This document shows, one piece after another, positions 44,190-55,134 of a stretch of DNA of 64,000 nucleotides. Positions within the stretch are counted from its first letter, which is position 1; the number at the start of each line of letters is the position of its first letter. The notes under the pieces are model-generated. The model did no database searches. It was not told where the DNA came from and saw only the letters and a list, made by a program, of their open reading frames with translations. Source of the DNA: an uncultured Hormoscilla sp. Its GTDB lineage: Bacteria > Cyanobacteriota > Cyanobacteriia > Cyanobacteriales > Desertifilaceae. The stretch spans positions 2,016,001-2,080,000 of the forward strand of contig OZ001293.3 in NCBI GenBank assembly GCA_963921275.4. The letters run 5' to 3'. Made by a program: the position numbers and the translations under genes.

Positions 44190-44963
44190 CTAATTCAATT
44201 CATCGGGGTCTATCCCAAGTTCTTGTAGCCGACTGCGCAACATTTTTAATTGGGCCTCTGCTGTATCGGCCCGTTGGCATTCTGCATCGGCCCGTTGGCG
44301 TTCTGCATCGGCCCGTTGGCGTTCTGCTTCTTTCTGTAGCCTTTCTTGGATAGATGATTCTGTCGGACCTGGAACCAACTCCCCCGTTGAAGTCAAAAAC
44401 CTCAGCTTTTCTTCTACTATTCCCAAATACAACTCTAGCTGTTCGCTCCACATCCAGCCCCGCTCATTGCGTGTTATTTCCACGTATTCCCTCTCTTGAG
44501 AAAGGCGTAATCCTTGGAACTCCAAGCTATAGGGGTCAAACCAAAAATATTCCGGCGTAGAGAATACATTTTGGTATATTTCTCTCTTGAGACTCCTATC
44601 CGTTTCCACAGTCGAGTCGGATAGCATTTCTATAATCAAATTTGGATACTTGCCATCTTCTTCCCACACTACCCAACTTGCACGTTCTTTGTACTCCGTG
44701 TCCAATACTACAAAAAAATCTGGTCCCCGAAAGTGCTCGTTCCGGCGCTGGCGACTACTGTAATATATCGTCAAATTTCCGGCGGCATAAAAATTGTTGC
44801 GTCGCTCTGGCGGCGCCTTCGGGCGCGAGCGCCACCACCACTTCAGGCACCACAGTAACAGCATGATTTGATTGAGATGGCGATCTGTTTCCAATGGCGG
44901 TTCATCACTCAACAGTAACTTTTGCCGATATTCTAGCACATCGGGCTTGCTACTTGCAACCAT
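44190..44963 (-). CDS. Uma2-family putative endonuclease (diverged tandem copy)
   Basis: Same motifs; scattered substitutions in the nuclease domain. Confidence 0.9.
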   Translation of the reverse strand: MVASSKPDVLEYRQKLLLSDEPPLETDRHLNQIMLLLWCLKWWWRSRPKAPPERRNNFYAAGNLTIYYSSRQRRNEHFRGPDFFVVLDTEYKERASWVVWEEDGKYPNLIIEMLSDSTVETDRSLKREIYQNVFSTPEYFWFDPYSLEFQGLRLSQEREYVEITRNERGWMWSEQLELYLGIVEEKLRFLTSTGELVPGPTESSIQERLQKEAERQRADAERQRADAECQRADTAEAQLKMLRSRLQELGIDPDELN

Positions 44964-45183
44964 AGTCTTATCTTCTCAAAACTCCTGATTCTATTCTATC
45001 CTATTCATGGCGGCGGTGGTCATATTCTCACCAAAGCTCGCGAGGACTGTGTAGTCCCAGTATATCATGTAACATCATTTATTTCCCTGTATATTGTCAG
45101 ATGTACCATATTTTCACCTGCGTTCAACACAATACTGCTATAGTATAAAATGGAAGTAATAACCGAACACCACCGAATCGAAG

Positions 45184-45456
45184 ATGAAGCTAAAACATAT
45201 AGAACTCGATGAATTCCGAGAGCGGATGACCGACTATTTATACGGCAGGACCCCGCTAGCAGTGGAACGGGATGGCGAAATCTTGGGCTTCTATTACCCG
45301 AAAAACAAGACAAAGGAAAAAGAACTTAAACGCGCTGTCAAACAGTTAGAGCTTGCCGTCGATTTGGCATTGGCTGAAACTGGCATGACCGAAGATGAAT
45401 TAGCCGATCTTTTTGACCTGAGTAAGCCTTTTCCCTATGATAAGCATAATAGTTGA
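45184..45456 (+). CDS. Putative Phd-like antitoxin
   Basis: 90 aa, EFRERMTDYL...PLAVERDGEILG; overlaps the PIN gene start. Confidence 0.7.
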   Translation: MKLKHIELDEFRERMTDYLYGRTPLAVERDGEILGFYYPKNKTKEKELKRAVKQLELAVDLALAETGMTEDELADLFDLSKPFPYDKHNS

Positions 45457-45877
45457 CACCAATATTCTGATAGCAGAACTACTGCGACAGCGGGGACGGG
45501 AGTTAATCCAAAATCCTGACCTCACTATCTATGCAACTGAACGGGTTATGGATGAAACTCAGTATGAGTTGAGACGATGGGTGGCGATAATAGTGAACCA
45601 GGGTAGATAAAGTGAGGCGACAGAGCAGAATGTTCTGGAGTCGGCAAGGCATCTAATTGAAACCAAAATCATGCTGGTTTCGGAAGATACTTATACTCAC
45701 CTGGAAGCAGAAGCTAGAGATAGGATTCCCAGAGATCCTGATGATTGGCCTACTGTAGCAGCAGCTTTGGCACTCCAAGCCGCAATTTGGACGCAAGATT
45801 GCGATTTTCTCGGTTGCGGTTGTTTCACTTGGACTACAGAAACTTTACTGCTTCACTTGAGGCGTCAGCAGTTGTAG
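45437..45877 (+). pseudogene. PIN-domain toxin with an in-frame stop at 45608-45610
   Basis: IIVDTNILI...*...RDPDDWPTVAAAL...IWTQDCDF. Confidence 0.85.
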
Positions 45878-45940
45878 GTTTGCTTGTAAGCTCATAACTA
45901 ACCCAACTAATAAAGTTGGGTTTCGTTACCTCAACCTAAC

Positions 45941-47275
45941 CTACTGTCCCATACAAGTTTCAATCAACTCGGCAACTCCTGCCACTGGCAAAATCGGCGT
46001 CTCCAACCTTGACTCTAATTCCGCAACCGACCTATCATCTAAAAACAGAGTATCCTCATGCTTCAGTATTAAAGATGGCAGCAAAATCCCATCTCCTAAA
46101 TCTCGTCCTTGTAAACCTTGCAGCAAATCTTCACCCGTCAGCAACCCAGTTACCGTCATCTCCTGTCCCCAATATTTACTATTCAGGGCCACCAGATTTA
46201 CCTCTAATCCTGCCACCTGATTTAATTGTTCCACCAGGGGTTGAAATGCCTTTTCTACCGCATTCCCAACCACCCAAGTATACTGGCGCGGCGATCGCAC
46301 AGATGCAAGTAATCGTTCGTCAGCAATTTCCTGAAATTCTTGAATAAACAGGCGAATTGAACCCACACCATTACCAATTTGGGGATAATCTTCATAATGG
46401 GATTCAGGTGGCAATTCCTCTCCAGCAATCAAAAACCACTCATCCGCTAACCAAACGACATTAGACCCCATCTCGTGGCGGAATTCTGCCTGAAGCGCTT
46501 GTACTTGTTCGATCGCTTCCCGTGCCTTTTCCGCTGTTACAGGGATTAATTCATCCTCAGCGGGGCGAAACTTAGTTAATCCCACTGGGACAACTGCTAC
46601 AGATGCTACAGCAGGAATTTCACTGCTGTAGAATGATGCTAAATCTCGCAGAGTTATTTCCAGATGTTGACCGTCATTAATCCCAGGACAAACAACCACT
46701 TGAGCGTGAATTTGTAGCCGTCGTGCTTGAAACCATTCCAACTGTTGTAAAATTAATCCCGCACGATGATTTTTCAGCAAGCGAATTCGCACATCTGGTT
46801 CAGTTGCATGTACGGAAACATAGAGGGGAGATAGTCGCATTTGCTCGATTCTCTCCCATTCTCCCTGGGTAAGATTGGTTAAAGTCAAGTAACTTCCGTA
46901 AAGGAAACTCAGACGGTAATCATCATCTTTCAGGTATAAGCTTTCCCGCTTTCCAGGCGGTTGCTGATCGATAAAGCAAAAAGGACAGCGGTTATTACAT
47001 TGCATCAAGCCATCAAATAAGGCGGTTTCAAATTCCAACCCTAAGTCTTCATCGTAATCTTTCTCAATTTCAATCTGATGACTGTGACCCGCAGCATCTA
47101 ATACTTCTAGTTCCAGGAATTCATCGGCGCACAAAAACTGATAGTCAATCAAGTCCCGAGGCCGATCACCGTTAATAGCAACGATCGCGTCACCAGGTTC
47201 AAAGCCAATTTCCGCCGTGATCGACCCGGGCAGAACTTTAGTAATCCTAGCAGGACGAATAGAAATATTGCTCAT
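45941..47275 (-). CDS. TIGR03279-type PDZ/Fe-S (radical-SAM-like) protein
   Basis: CNNRCPFCFIDQQP, KDDDYRLSFLYG, GVGS. Confidence 0.9.
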   Translation of the reverse strand: MSNISIRPARITKVLPGSITAEIGFEPGDAIVAINGDRPRDLIDYQFLCADEFLELEVLDAAGHSHQIEIEKDYDEDLGLEFETALFDGLMQCNNRCPFCFIDQQPPGKRESLYLKDDDYRLSFLYGSYLTLTNLTQGEWERIEQMRLSPLYVSVHATEPDVRIRLLKNHRAGLILQQLEWFQARRLQIHAQVVVCPGINDGQHLEITLRDLASFYSSEIPAVASVAVVPVGLTKFRPAEDELIPVTAEKAREAIEQVQALQAEFRHEMGSNVVWLADEWFLIAGEELPPESHYEDYPQIGNGVGSIRLFIQEFQEIADERLLASVRSPRQYTWVVGNAVEKAFQPLVEQLNQVAGLEVNLVALNSKYWGQEMTVTGLLTGEDLLQGLQGRDLGDGILLPSLILKHEDTLFLDDRSVAELESRLETPILPVAGVAELIETCMGQ

Positions 47276-47405
47276 TGTTGATTATTCTTCATTGTTCGTA
47301 GTAAGGACTAAAGTCCTTACACTCGGCAAGCACTATTGTCGATTATTGTTCGTTGTTCGTAGTAAGGACTTTAGTCCTTACACTCGGCAAGCACTTTAGT
47401 GCTTA

Positions 47406-48347
47406 CTACAAACCATTTGTTATTTGCCAGATTAGGATCGCTACCCCAAATATTAGCCGATAGCAGATAAAGATTAAGGTACTGCGAGATTGCAGGAAAC
47501 GAATCAACCAGGCGATCGCCAGATAAGAGAAAACCCCCGAGGAAATCAAACCAACAATCAGGGGGATAAACCCAGCGCTACCCATGCCATCTTTCAAGAC
47601 ACCGACAAACTCAACCAACCCAGCTATGGTAATCGCGGGAATGCCCAAGAGAAAGGAAAAACGAGCCGCCGTTGCCCGTTCTAAACCCATAAACAACCCC
47701 GCCGCGATCGTCGAACCAGACCGAGAAACACCAGGGACAAGGGCCATTGCTTGGGCCAATCCCATCCAGATCCCATCTTGCATACCCAGGCGATCGAAAT
47801 CCCGCTTGCGACTGCCAATGCGTTCGGCAACTCCCAGCAAAATAGCCATCACAATTGAAGCGATCGCGATCGCTGGCAGACTCCGCAGAGGGGAATTATC
47901 GTAGTCAGGCACGAATATTTTAATCAGCAACCCGAAAAAGACGATCAGGATTGTGCCCAAACCAATCCCTAAAGCGATCCGAAAATCCTGGGACTGATAA
48001 TCCGACTTACCTATAGCAGACACAACACCCTTGCTCAGTTGACTCAAATCCCCCCAGAAATACCATAGCACAGCCGCAATACTTCCCAACTGAATCACAG
48101 CGGTAAAAGCAACACCCGGATCCCCCCATCCCAGCGCCACTGACACCACTTTCAGGTGTGCCGTACTGCTGATCGGTATAAACTCCGTCATCCCTTGCAC
48201 CATACCTAAAACCGCAGCCTGAAATACATTCATCTGCGACACCTGTGAAGGAATAGCTTGGCCGATCGCTTTTGTGGGCATCGTCAGTATAGCACTGACA
48301 ACTGCTACCCCTGTGAATTTAAGCAATTTATTTTTGGTAATCCTCAT
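47406..48347 (-). CDS. uppP: Undecaprenyl-diphosphate phosphatase
   Basis: QGMTEFIPISSTAH, PGVSRSGST, RFSFLL. Confidence 0.95.
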   Translation of the reverse strand: MRITKNKLLKFTGVAVVSAILTMPTKAIGQAIPSQVSQMNVFQAAVLGMVQGMTEFIPISSTAHLKVVSVALGWGDPGVAFTAVIQLGSIAAVLWYFWGDLSQLSKGVVSAIGKSDYQSQDFRIALGIGLGTILIVFFGLLIKIFVPDYDNSPLRSLPAIAIASIVMAILLGVAERIGSRKRDFDRLGMQDGIWMGLAQAMALVPGVSRSGSTIAAGLFMGLERATAARFSFLLGIPAITIAGLVEFVGVLKDGMGSAGFIPLIVGLISSGVFSYLAIAWLIRFLQSRSTLIFICYRLIFGVAILIWQITNGL

Positions 48348-48391
48348 GGGATCCTGAATAATGTTATTGGTTAGTTGTTATTGGTTAGTTC

Positions 48392-48447
48392 TACAACTTA
48401 CAACCTACAACTTACAACCTACAATCTACAACTTACAATCTACAACT
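48392..48447. repeat. Heptamer short tandem repeat (TACAACT/TACAACC/TACAATC)
   Basis: About 8 units; STRR type. Confidence 0.8.
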
Positions 48448-48685
48448 ATAGAGCGATGTAGTTACTTCTATTAGATAATGTATTTTATATTACAAATTAT
48501 GCTAATTTACTGATAAACAGGGTAACTTTTAGACAACATCAGGGCTATCGCTCCCCCGCCCCCGTGACCATCACCAGTCCCCCATCACCAGTCCCTCATC
48601 CCCCATTACTGGCTTTTGATGGCAATGATTGTAAGAGCTGATATATTAAGAAAGATGAAGTTAAGTAAAGAAAAATTCAAAAACA

Positions 48686-49405
48686 TTGTTTAACCACAGT
48701 TTTTCGTCTTATTTACCACTAGGGGTCAAGTCAGAGCGCAAATTATCTACCCTATTATGGGAGAGAATCGGCAGGACAAGGGCTACCTTCACAGTAGCGG
48801 TGTTTCTGGTTTGCGTGCCAGTATTTTTCCAGGCTCCATTAGTGCGGCAACTGCCTTGGTTAAGCCTAGCAATGACAGCTGGCCTCGTTGGTGGCAGTAT
48901 CCAGCTGCTCGCTCGTCAGTCAACCAGACTATGGGGAGACTTACTGCTAGGATTTAGTTGGAGTTGGCTAGCCGGTTCCATATATTGGGGTTGGCTGCGC
49001 TGGGAACCCTTGTGGCATTTGCCAGTTGAAGCTATAGGTCTGCCAGTGGCCATCTGGTGTCTTTGGCGTCGTTGGGCAATGGTGGGAAACCTATTCTACC
49101 TCGGTTCCCTATTGGGCACGGCGATCACAGATATATATTTCTATATCGTGGATTTGATTCCTCACTGGCGTCAGCTGATGCAGGTGTCCCCAGAACTGGC
49201 AATGCCAGTCTTGCAAAGTGCGATCGCCCAGATCCAGACCCCTTGGGGAATCAGCTGGGCAGTAGTTCTAAGTGTAATTCTCTTAGTTGCCGGGATTTTA
49301 CCTCTGGGCACCCGGCAGCTACACTGGTGGGCATTTAGCGGAGCTGTCTTGAGTACAATATTAGTAGACAGTTTGTTCTGGATAGTCGCCTGCGCGATAG
49401 AGTGA
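48686..49405 (+). CDS. DUF3120 family membrane protein
   Basis: VPVFFQAPLVR, GSIYWGWLRWEP, YLGSLLGTAITD. Confidence 0.85.
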   Translation: MFNHSFSSYLPLGVKSERKLSTLLWERIGRTRATFTVAVFLVCVPVFFQAPLVRQLPWLSLAMTAGLVGGSIQLLARQSTRLWGDLLLGFSWSWLAGSIYWGWLRWEPLWHLPVEAIGLPVAIWCLWRRWAMVGNLFYLGSLLGTAITDIYFYIVDLIPHWRQLMQVSPELAMPVLQSAIAQIQTPWGISWAVVLSVILLVAGILPLGTRQLHWWAFSGAVLSTILVDSLFWIVACAIE

Positions 49406-49514
49406 TTGCTCCATTGTGGAGTTTCTCCGAACACCGCACAGATGCCCACACAGTCCGAAATCTATCTTTCAGGATGCATGAGAGCGGAAATATTCTTCTT
49501 AGGCTAAGCCTGCA

Positions 49515-50492
49515 GTGAGTAAGATCGGCAATCCTCATTTAGTACTTCAGACAGAGTCAGGGAATCGCTATCTCCCTCTGGTTGGTAGTACTTGCTGGAC
49601 CATAGGTCGGACCGATGACAACAATTTTGTCCTGCCAGACCCCTGGATTTCCCGCCACCACGCCATGCTGCAATACACCGAGACAGGCGAATTTTATCTG
49701 ATCGATCTAGGCAGTCGTAACGGCTCCTTTGTCAATGGACGCCGAGTCAGCATTTCGGTAACCTTGCGGAATGGCGATCTCCTCACCTTTGGTCAGACAC
49801 AACTGAATTTCTACAGTCCCTCTGCCCAAAAGGATGATGCCTCCACCAGTAACGACTCCGCAGATTATAACGTCACGGCAACCTTGCATGTCCGTCGCTT
49901 AATCTCAGTGATGGTGGTGGATATCCGCAATTTTACAGGTCTGACTCAGCAAATGGATGACGCTTTGCTCTCCGCTATGATTGGCACCTGGTTCCGCCAT
50001 GCTGGGGAAATAATGCGTACCGAAGGTAGCTGGGTGGATAAATATATTGGCGATGCCATCATGGCGGTCTGGTTTCATGGCACCGAAGGAGTCAGCTTTA
50101 CCGAACTGCTCAAGGTCCTCGGTGCCCTCAACAAATTACACAAGATGACTCGGGATTTGGCGGATGACTTTCCCTTGCCTTTTCCCTTGCGCATTGGATC
50201 GGGCATTAATACAGGTTATGCTATGGTTGGCAATATGGGTAGTGGCGATCGCCCAGATTACACAGCCCTGGGAGATACAGTCAATGCCGCCTTTCGCCTG
50301 GAATCTTGCACCAAAAAAATTAGTCGAGATGTTGCCCTAGGAAAAACTACCTATCAATACCTCTCCAGCCTGGGAGTTTCGCCGAAGCTGTTTGAGCAGT
50401 TTACCGTTAACCTCAAGGGCTACGAGACGCCAACTTTGACCTATGCTTGCTCTTTTGCTGAGTTGGATAGTTTTTTGCAAACCCGGCCCTGA
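49515..50492 (+). CDS. FHA-domain class III adenylate/guanylate cyclase
   Basis: FHA GR..SR.H..S.NG; cyclase DIRNFT, KYIGD, GDTVNAAFRLE. Confidence 0.92.
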   Translation: MSKIGNPHLVLQTESGNRYLPLVGSTCWTIGRTDDNNFVLPDPWISRHHAMLQYTETGEFYLIDLGSRNGSFVNGRRVSISVTLRNGDLLTFGQTQLNFYSPSAQKDDASTSNDSADYNVTATLHVRRLISVMVVDIRNFTGLTQQMDDALLSAMIGTWFRHAGEIMRTEGSWVDKYIGDAIMAVWFHGTEGVSFTELLKVLGALNKLHKMTRDLADDFPLPFPLRIGSGINTGYAMVGNMGSGDRPDYTALGDTVNAAFRLESCTKKISRDVALGKTTYQYLSSLGVSPKLFEQFTVNLKGYETPTLTYACSFAELDSFLQTRP

Positions 50493-50684
50493 CTGGCTGC
50501 GTCTCATGAACTGGTCAACTGACTAACCCACCGTCAGTTGTTCATTGTGTCGCAGACTTTGCTATTTCTCAAGTTTTATTACTGGACTGATATCCTAGAT
50601 AAAAAATTAAATCACACAGATAAAATAAAATAAAATGCTGTAGTCTAGTTAAAACACGCTCAAAAATTAGGTAGGAACGGAAAG

Positions 50685-51107
50685 ATGAAACGATTACTGT
50701 GCTTGTTGCCGGTATTGGTGCTGTTGTTGGCCTGTCTGGGAAATGCTCCTCGGGCGCAGGCGGCTGATTTAACCGATCTGCTTTGGCAGTCATCGCCGGT
50801 AGTGGTGGCTGAAGTCCCAGTACGCAATCAGGCTGACGATAAGCTAGCAGAGATTAAAGATAAAATCGATTTGAACAACACAAATCTGCGAGCATTTATG
50901 AAGTATCGCGGTTTTTACCCGGTGCTGGGTCGCAAAATAATTAAGTACGCCCCCTACCAGCAGGTAGAGGATGTTCTGGATATTCCGGGATTGAGCGATG
51001 GCCAGAAAGAAAGGCTGCAAGCAAACCTGGAAAACTTCACTGTCACCGCTGTTGCCGATGTCTACACCCAAGGGGGCGATCGCTATAACAACGGCGCCTA
51101 CGATTAA
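50685..51107 (+). CDS. psbU: Photosystem II 12-kDa extrinsic protein
   Basis: Signal peptide; KIDLNN, GFYPVL, DRYNNG.Y. Confidence 0.95.
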   Translation: MKRLLCLLPVLVLLLACLGNAPRAQAADLTDLLWQSSPVVVAEVPVRNQADDKLAEIKDKIDLNNTNLRAFMKYRGFYPVLGRKIIKYAPYQQVEDVLDIPGLSDGQKERLQANLENFTVTAVADVYTQGGDRYNNGAYD

Positions 51108-51117
51108 GCCTTTCATT

Positions 51118-51637
51118 TCCTCTCGCTCCCGCTGTAATAGCTGACCATTAACAGCTTGTTTACCACAGCCGCACTTTCTTCACTAGCAAGACTTTTTGTC
51201 CTAGGGGAGCTGGTGTGGCTGTAATTTATGCGGCATACTTTGGCTAGAGCGTCGGTCCATTAATAATACTTGACAAATTAAAACATCTGTGAATCAATGA
51301 AAAATCAACATATTCTCGCCTCCCCCCCATGTCCTCCCTCTCCCTCTCATGATTTTACCCAAAATTTGTTGTACTGGTCCTCTCGCTCCCGCTGTAATAG
51401 CTGACCATTAACAGCTTGTTTACCACAGCCGCACTTTCTTCACTAGCAAGACTTTTTGTCCTAGGGGAGCTGGTGTGGCTGTAATTTATGCGGCATACTT
51501 TGGCTAGAGCGTCGGTCCATTAATAATACTTGACAAATTAAAACATCTGTGAATCAACGAAAAATCAACATATTCTCGCCTCCCCCCCATGTCCTCCCTC
51601 TCCCCCTCATGATTTTACCCAAAATTTGTTGTACTGG
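51118..51637. repeat. 260-bp tandem direct duplication (psbU 3' region plus most of a MITE)
   Basis: 51118-51377 and 51378-51637 are almost identical. Confidence 0.92.
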
Positions 51638-51650
51638 ACCGATGCTCTAG
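51504..51650 (+). mobile_element. ~147-bp MITE
   Basis: IRs CTAGAGCGTCGGTCCA / TGGACCGATGCTCTAG; truncated copy 51244-51377; homologue at 8456. Confidence 0.8.
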
Positions 51651-51802
51651 CCCTGTCAAGGTGACGGGAAACAATGGCCCGCCCAGCCGATCGCGCACGC
51701 AGCCATGTATGGTATTTTTTCTTACCTGCTCAGGAGTAAAAATTTTTCTGTTCTTCATAGCCTTTAGGCCTTGGAATAGCTTGCTCTGCGCTATCTACAA
51801 TT

Positions 51803-54654
51803 GTTGGTGTCTTTAGTTTTTCGCCACCTTTGAGCGGTTGTGTAAGGCATGATCTCGTTGGACGACAAGGAAGAATAACGTCAGACAGCTGTGCTCATTC
51901 GGGAAAGCTCCTATTTCATCAGACTTCCTGGGAAACTTTCCAAGCGTTCGAGTAAGTTAGAGGTTCTCATCCTACAATGTAACTCAGGCGCCAATTGGTA
52001 GAAAGTCAAGGTCAACTCAAGAGCTCTCTGGAACCTTTGCACTGCCTTATATTCCAGAACTTCCCACTTCAGGAAAAACGCTGCCAAGCGCTGTTGTGCT
52101 TCCTGTGAGCGAGGGCGCAGCGTAAAGAGCATAAGCATCATTTTGAAGAGGATAACGACGCTGTTGTTTGGCTTGGGAGTGAGTTAGCTGTTGTCCCATC
52201 TCATCATGTTCGGGGAGTTGTTGATAGCTCAGATCGTCTTGGAGCCGTCCCACAAGGTGGGTGATGCATCGCTGTTGCTTGGCCTTGGGCAGATGTTTGG
52301 TCATGGCAGCAGGCAAACCTAAAGTCCCATCACTCACAACTACTTCAACAATTTCTGCTTGCAGACCCCATGCCATTAAGTTTTATATGAAGTTTTCCCA
52401 GGCCAGGGTGTCAAGACAGTTGGGCAATTTCGTAATGTATAAGTTGGTAGCTGCCATCTGGCCAGACAGCCATCGCCGCCAAAATTACACGCTCTTGAGC
52501 TTGCCCCATCTGGCGGAGATGTCCTGCAGGGTCTACTTTGGATGGGGTCGAGCCGGGAATCGCTTCCCGACCCTCCCTTGAGGAACCGGACTTGCGATTT
52601 TCACCGCATCCGGCTACTGGGTACTAGGCCCTTTTCATAGGTAGACTTAATAGGAATTACTTCCGTTAGCCCTTGCCGCCTGTCTTTTCTTCCCTTTCCT
52701 GGTTTAGCGAGTGGTTGTTCTGATAACCGTTAGTATCACCATTTTCAAGTCAGTTTTACCAGTTATCCATACCTTATCCTCCACTTGCGTTTCGGATTAG
52801 TTCCGTGGCTTTTTAGGATTACTCATTCCAGCAGCTTCCTAGTATCACCGACCCACGTCAGCGCTGGCTACCCAGCATCATCTACATTACTGTAGATGTT
52901 ATCCCAGGAATTACCCCGGGCATTCGCTTCTTGGGCCATCCCTCCCCCCGTGGCTTGCGCTTAACATCTAACTTGTCCTGATGGACAGCACACGAGAGGT
53001 TACTTCGTTCCCTAACAACATTTCGCGATACCTTTAGGTCCACACTATACCCCGGGAGCTATTTGAGTACTATATTAGCCAGAGTCTAAAACTAATACTA
53101 GCTACCATTTCCTTTTTAGGCCAGCGCATATAGTCTTATTTCGCTGGTTCCTTATAACGAGGCTTGCACATGTTTGCCTGCTCTAACCTTGGATATCTTT
53201 CCTAGCGGCGTCACCGGCTTAGGCTGCCAGTTATCCTACATTTGAGTCCTCGCTTAGCACCACGATGATGTCGCTTCGTAGCACCGAGGACCGGTGTCAC
53301 CCCCGTACCTGGGGGGAGGGGAATTTAACCCCCATGCGGTCAGAGTTCCCGGCTAATGAAACCGGGCTAGCGTTCCGTGTTTGACCACGTTAGGCTAGAA
53401 CGAATCGCACAAACTCTTCAAGGGTATATTGGATGTCCACCCAGACCCCATCTACAATCAAGATGGGAGGCGTCTTCTCAATCACCGATTGACGATGTTT
53501 ATCCATTTGCTGTTGAGCTTGTAAAGTAATAGGATTGATGGCACTCACAGATAGGACACTGCCCAGAAGAGGATAAAGTGCCTCTTGCAAGTCCCTGAAG
53601 GATAAACCCATCACATACAGACATAACCCCAAGTGAGCGTTGTTAAGACCGCGTTGATAGCCTTGCAAGATTTGCCATTTACGATCTGCATTACCCCATC
53701 TGAGTTTGGGCGTAGTTTATCAATTCTGCCATACTCGGTGTCAAGTACCCGAGAAAAATAACCTGAACGTCTTGGCTGAGGTCCAATGAAAGCTGCTGCG
53801 CTCAGCTTCCAATTCTTCGGCTTTTTCAATAATCACTTTAGTTATGGCCACAACTTCACCTTTAAGGGTTGCTTCCAGTTCCGCACAAAATTGCTGGTTG
53901 AAAACTTTGGGATTGGATGGGTACTATTTGCTTTTCACCCTCGGCTATTTTCATGGCAAGTTACTGTAAGAATTTAATCTCCGATGGGTATCAACCCATT
54001 CCCGGGACAACTTTGCCCAAGGGAGAGGCTGAAGCCCCTGTGAGCTGGATGCCTTGCATCACTGGCTGTCCCGACTTAAGTTGGTAGCCTCTCCGATATA
54101 CACCTTAATTATACCATTTTTCAAAGTTCTGGTCTCCTGTACCAATGAGTGATAAGTAAAAGTTATATATACGAAATCAAGAGTTTCAGCCTTTTTTACT
54201 CGCCTGTTTTGTAGACCATTACATTTTCTCAATAAACTCAAGAGAGCCCAAAGTTCTGAGAGACTTGACATTGCAAGGATTGCTGGAGGCTGGTGCCTTT
54301 GCAAATACCGTTACTAGATTCTACCTAGTAACCACAGCTTATGTGCGAGCATCACAAATTTATTAAATTGACGCCGCAACTTTTTTCAATCGAGGACATT
54401 TAGGCATTCTGAGAACAACATTTTCACTCCTAGGGCGAGAAACCGTGATTCTTTCGTAGAAAGTTGCACCGAAGCGTTAAATTGATATACTGCTGTGGGA
54501 GAGCCCTCACTGCAGGCTATCGGGCCAAATCGCCAGAACCATTGAACCATAAGGGTTGAGCACCAGAATAGCCATTTTTCGATGTGTAATTTAAATGCGC
54601 GACAGCTTACTCCCATTAACAAAGGTAAGGTGGCGAATAATTTCAGACACCAAC
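51803..54654 (-). mobile_element. IS256-family element, transposase decayed and intron-interrupted
   Basis: IRs GTTGGTGTCTTTAGTTTTTCGCCACCTT / AAGGTGGCGAATAATTTCAGACACCAAC; target duplication TACAATT; RSGYFSRVLDTEYG, LIVDGVW, SDG, QRC, RTSNLLER. Confidence 0.88.
52540..53410 (-). ncRNA. ORF-less group II intron (copy 2), apparently intact, 871 nt
   Basis: 5' GTGCG at 53410; domain V AGCCGGATGCGGTGAAAATCGCAAGTCCGGTT; domain VI hairpin; EBS1 AGACTCT pairs with the exon end AGAGTTT; removal restores EEF-KVD. Confidence 0.9.
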
Positions 54655-55134
54655 TACAATTAATTCATACTTTTTTAAAATTTTTTTAAAATTTCTTCAT
54701 TTTCTCCATTACATTTAACCTGTTCAAGCAAACGGCCAAATATCTCGAAATATTTTTGGCCAATAACTGAAATAATTATTGTAGATTTGCTCACGGTGCA
54801 ATCCTAACATTTGAAATGTCAAACCTTGTCCTAGATAAATCAAGGTTAAGAGTATTTGATCTTCCACTAATAATTTAGGTTTGGCGCCGACTCCTGGTTC
54901 GATTAATCTAATTTTCGTCTTTTCTACATTGTCTTGATACTTTTTATTCATTTTTTTTGCTAAAATGATAAGTTGCATAAAATTTTCATAACTGATACCG
55001 ATTAACTGCTTTGCTTCTTTGTGCTTCTCAATATGTCCATGTATAACTATAGCTCATGTTCCTTAAACCTCACAATTAAATTTTTAAATCTTATTATACC
55101 AGAATTTTCTATTTTGGAAATGTCTAATCTCATG

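Larger units (their letters stand above)
51705..55126 (-). mobile_element. ISL2/IS702-like (DDE_Tnp_4) transposase remnant interrupted by IS256
   Basis: N-terminal part KPKLLVEDQILLTLIYL...KKYELIV (54655-55057) continues after the IS256 as IVDSAEQAIPRPKGYEEQKNFYS*AGKKKYHT (51705-51802). Confidence 0.8.
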
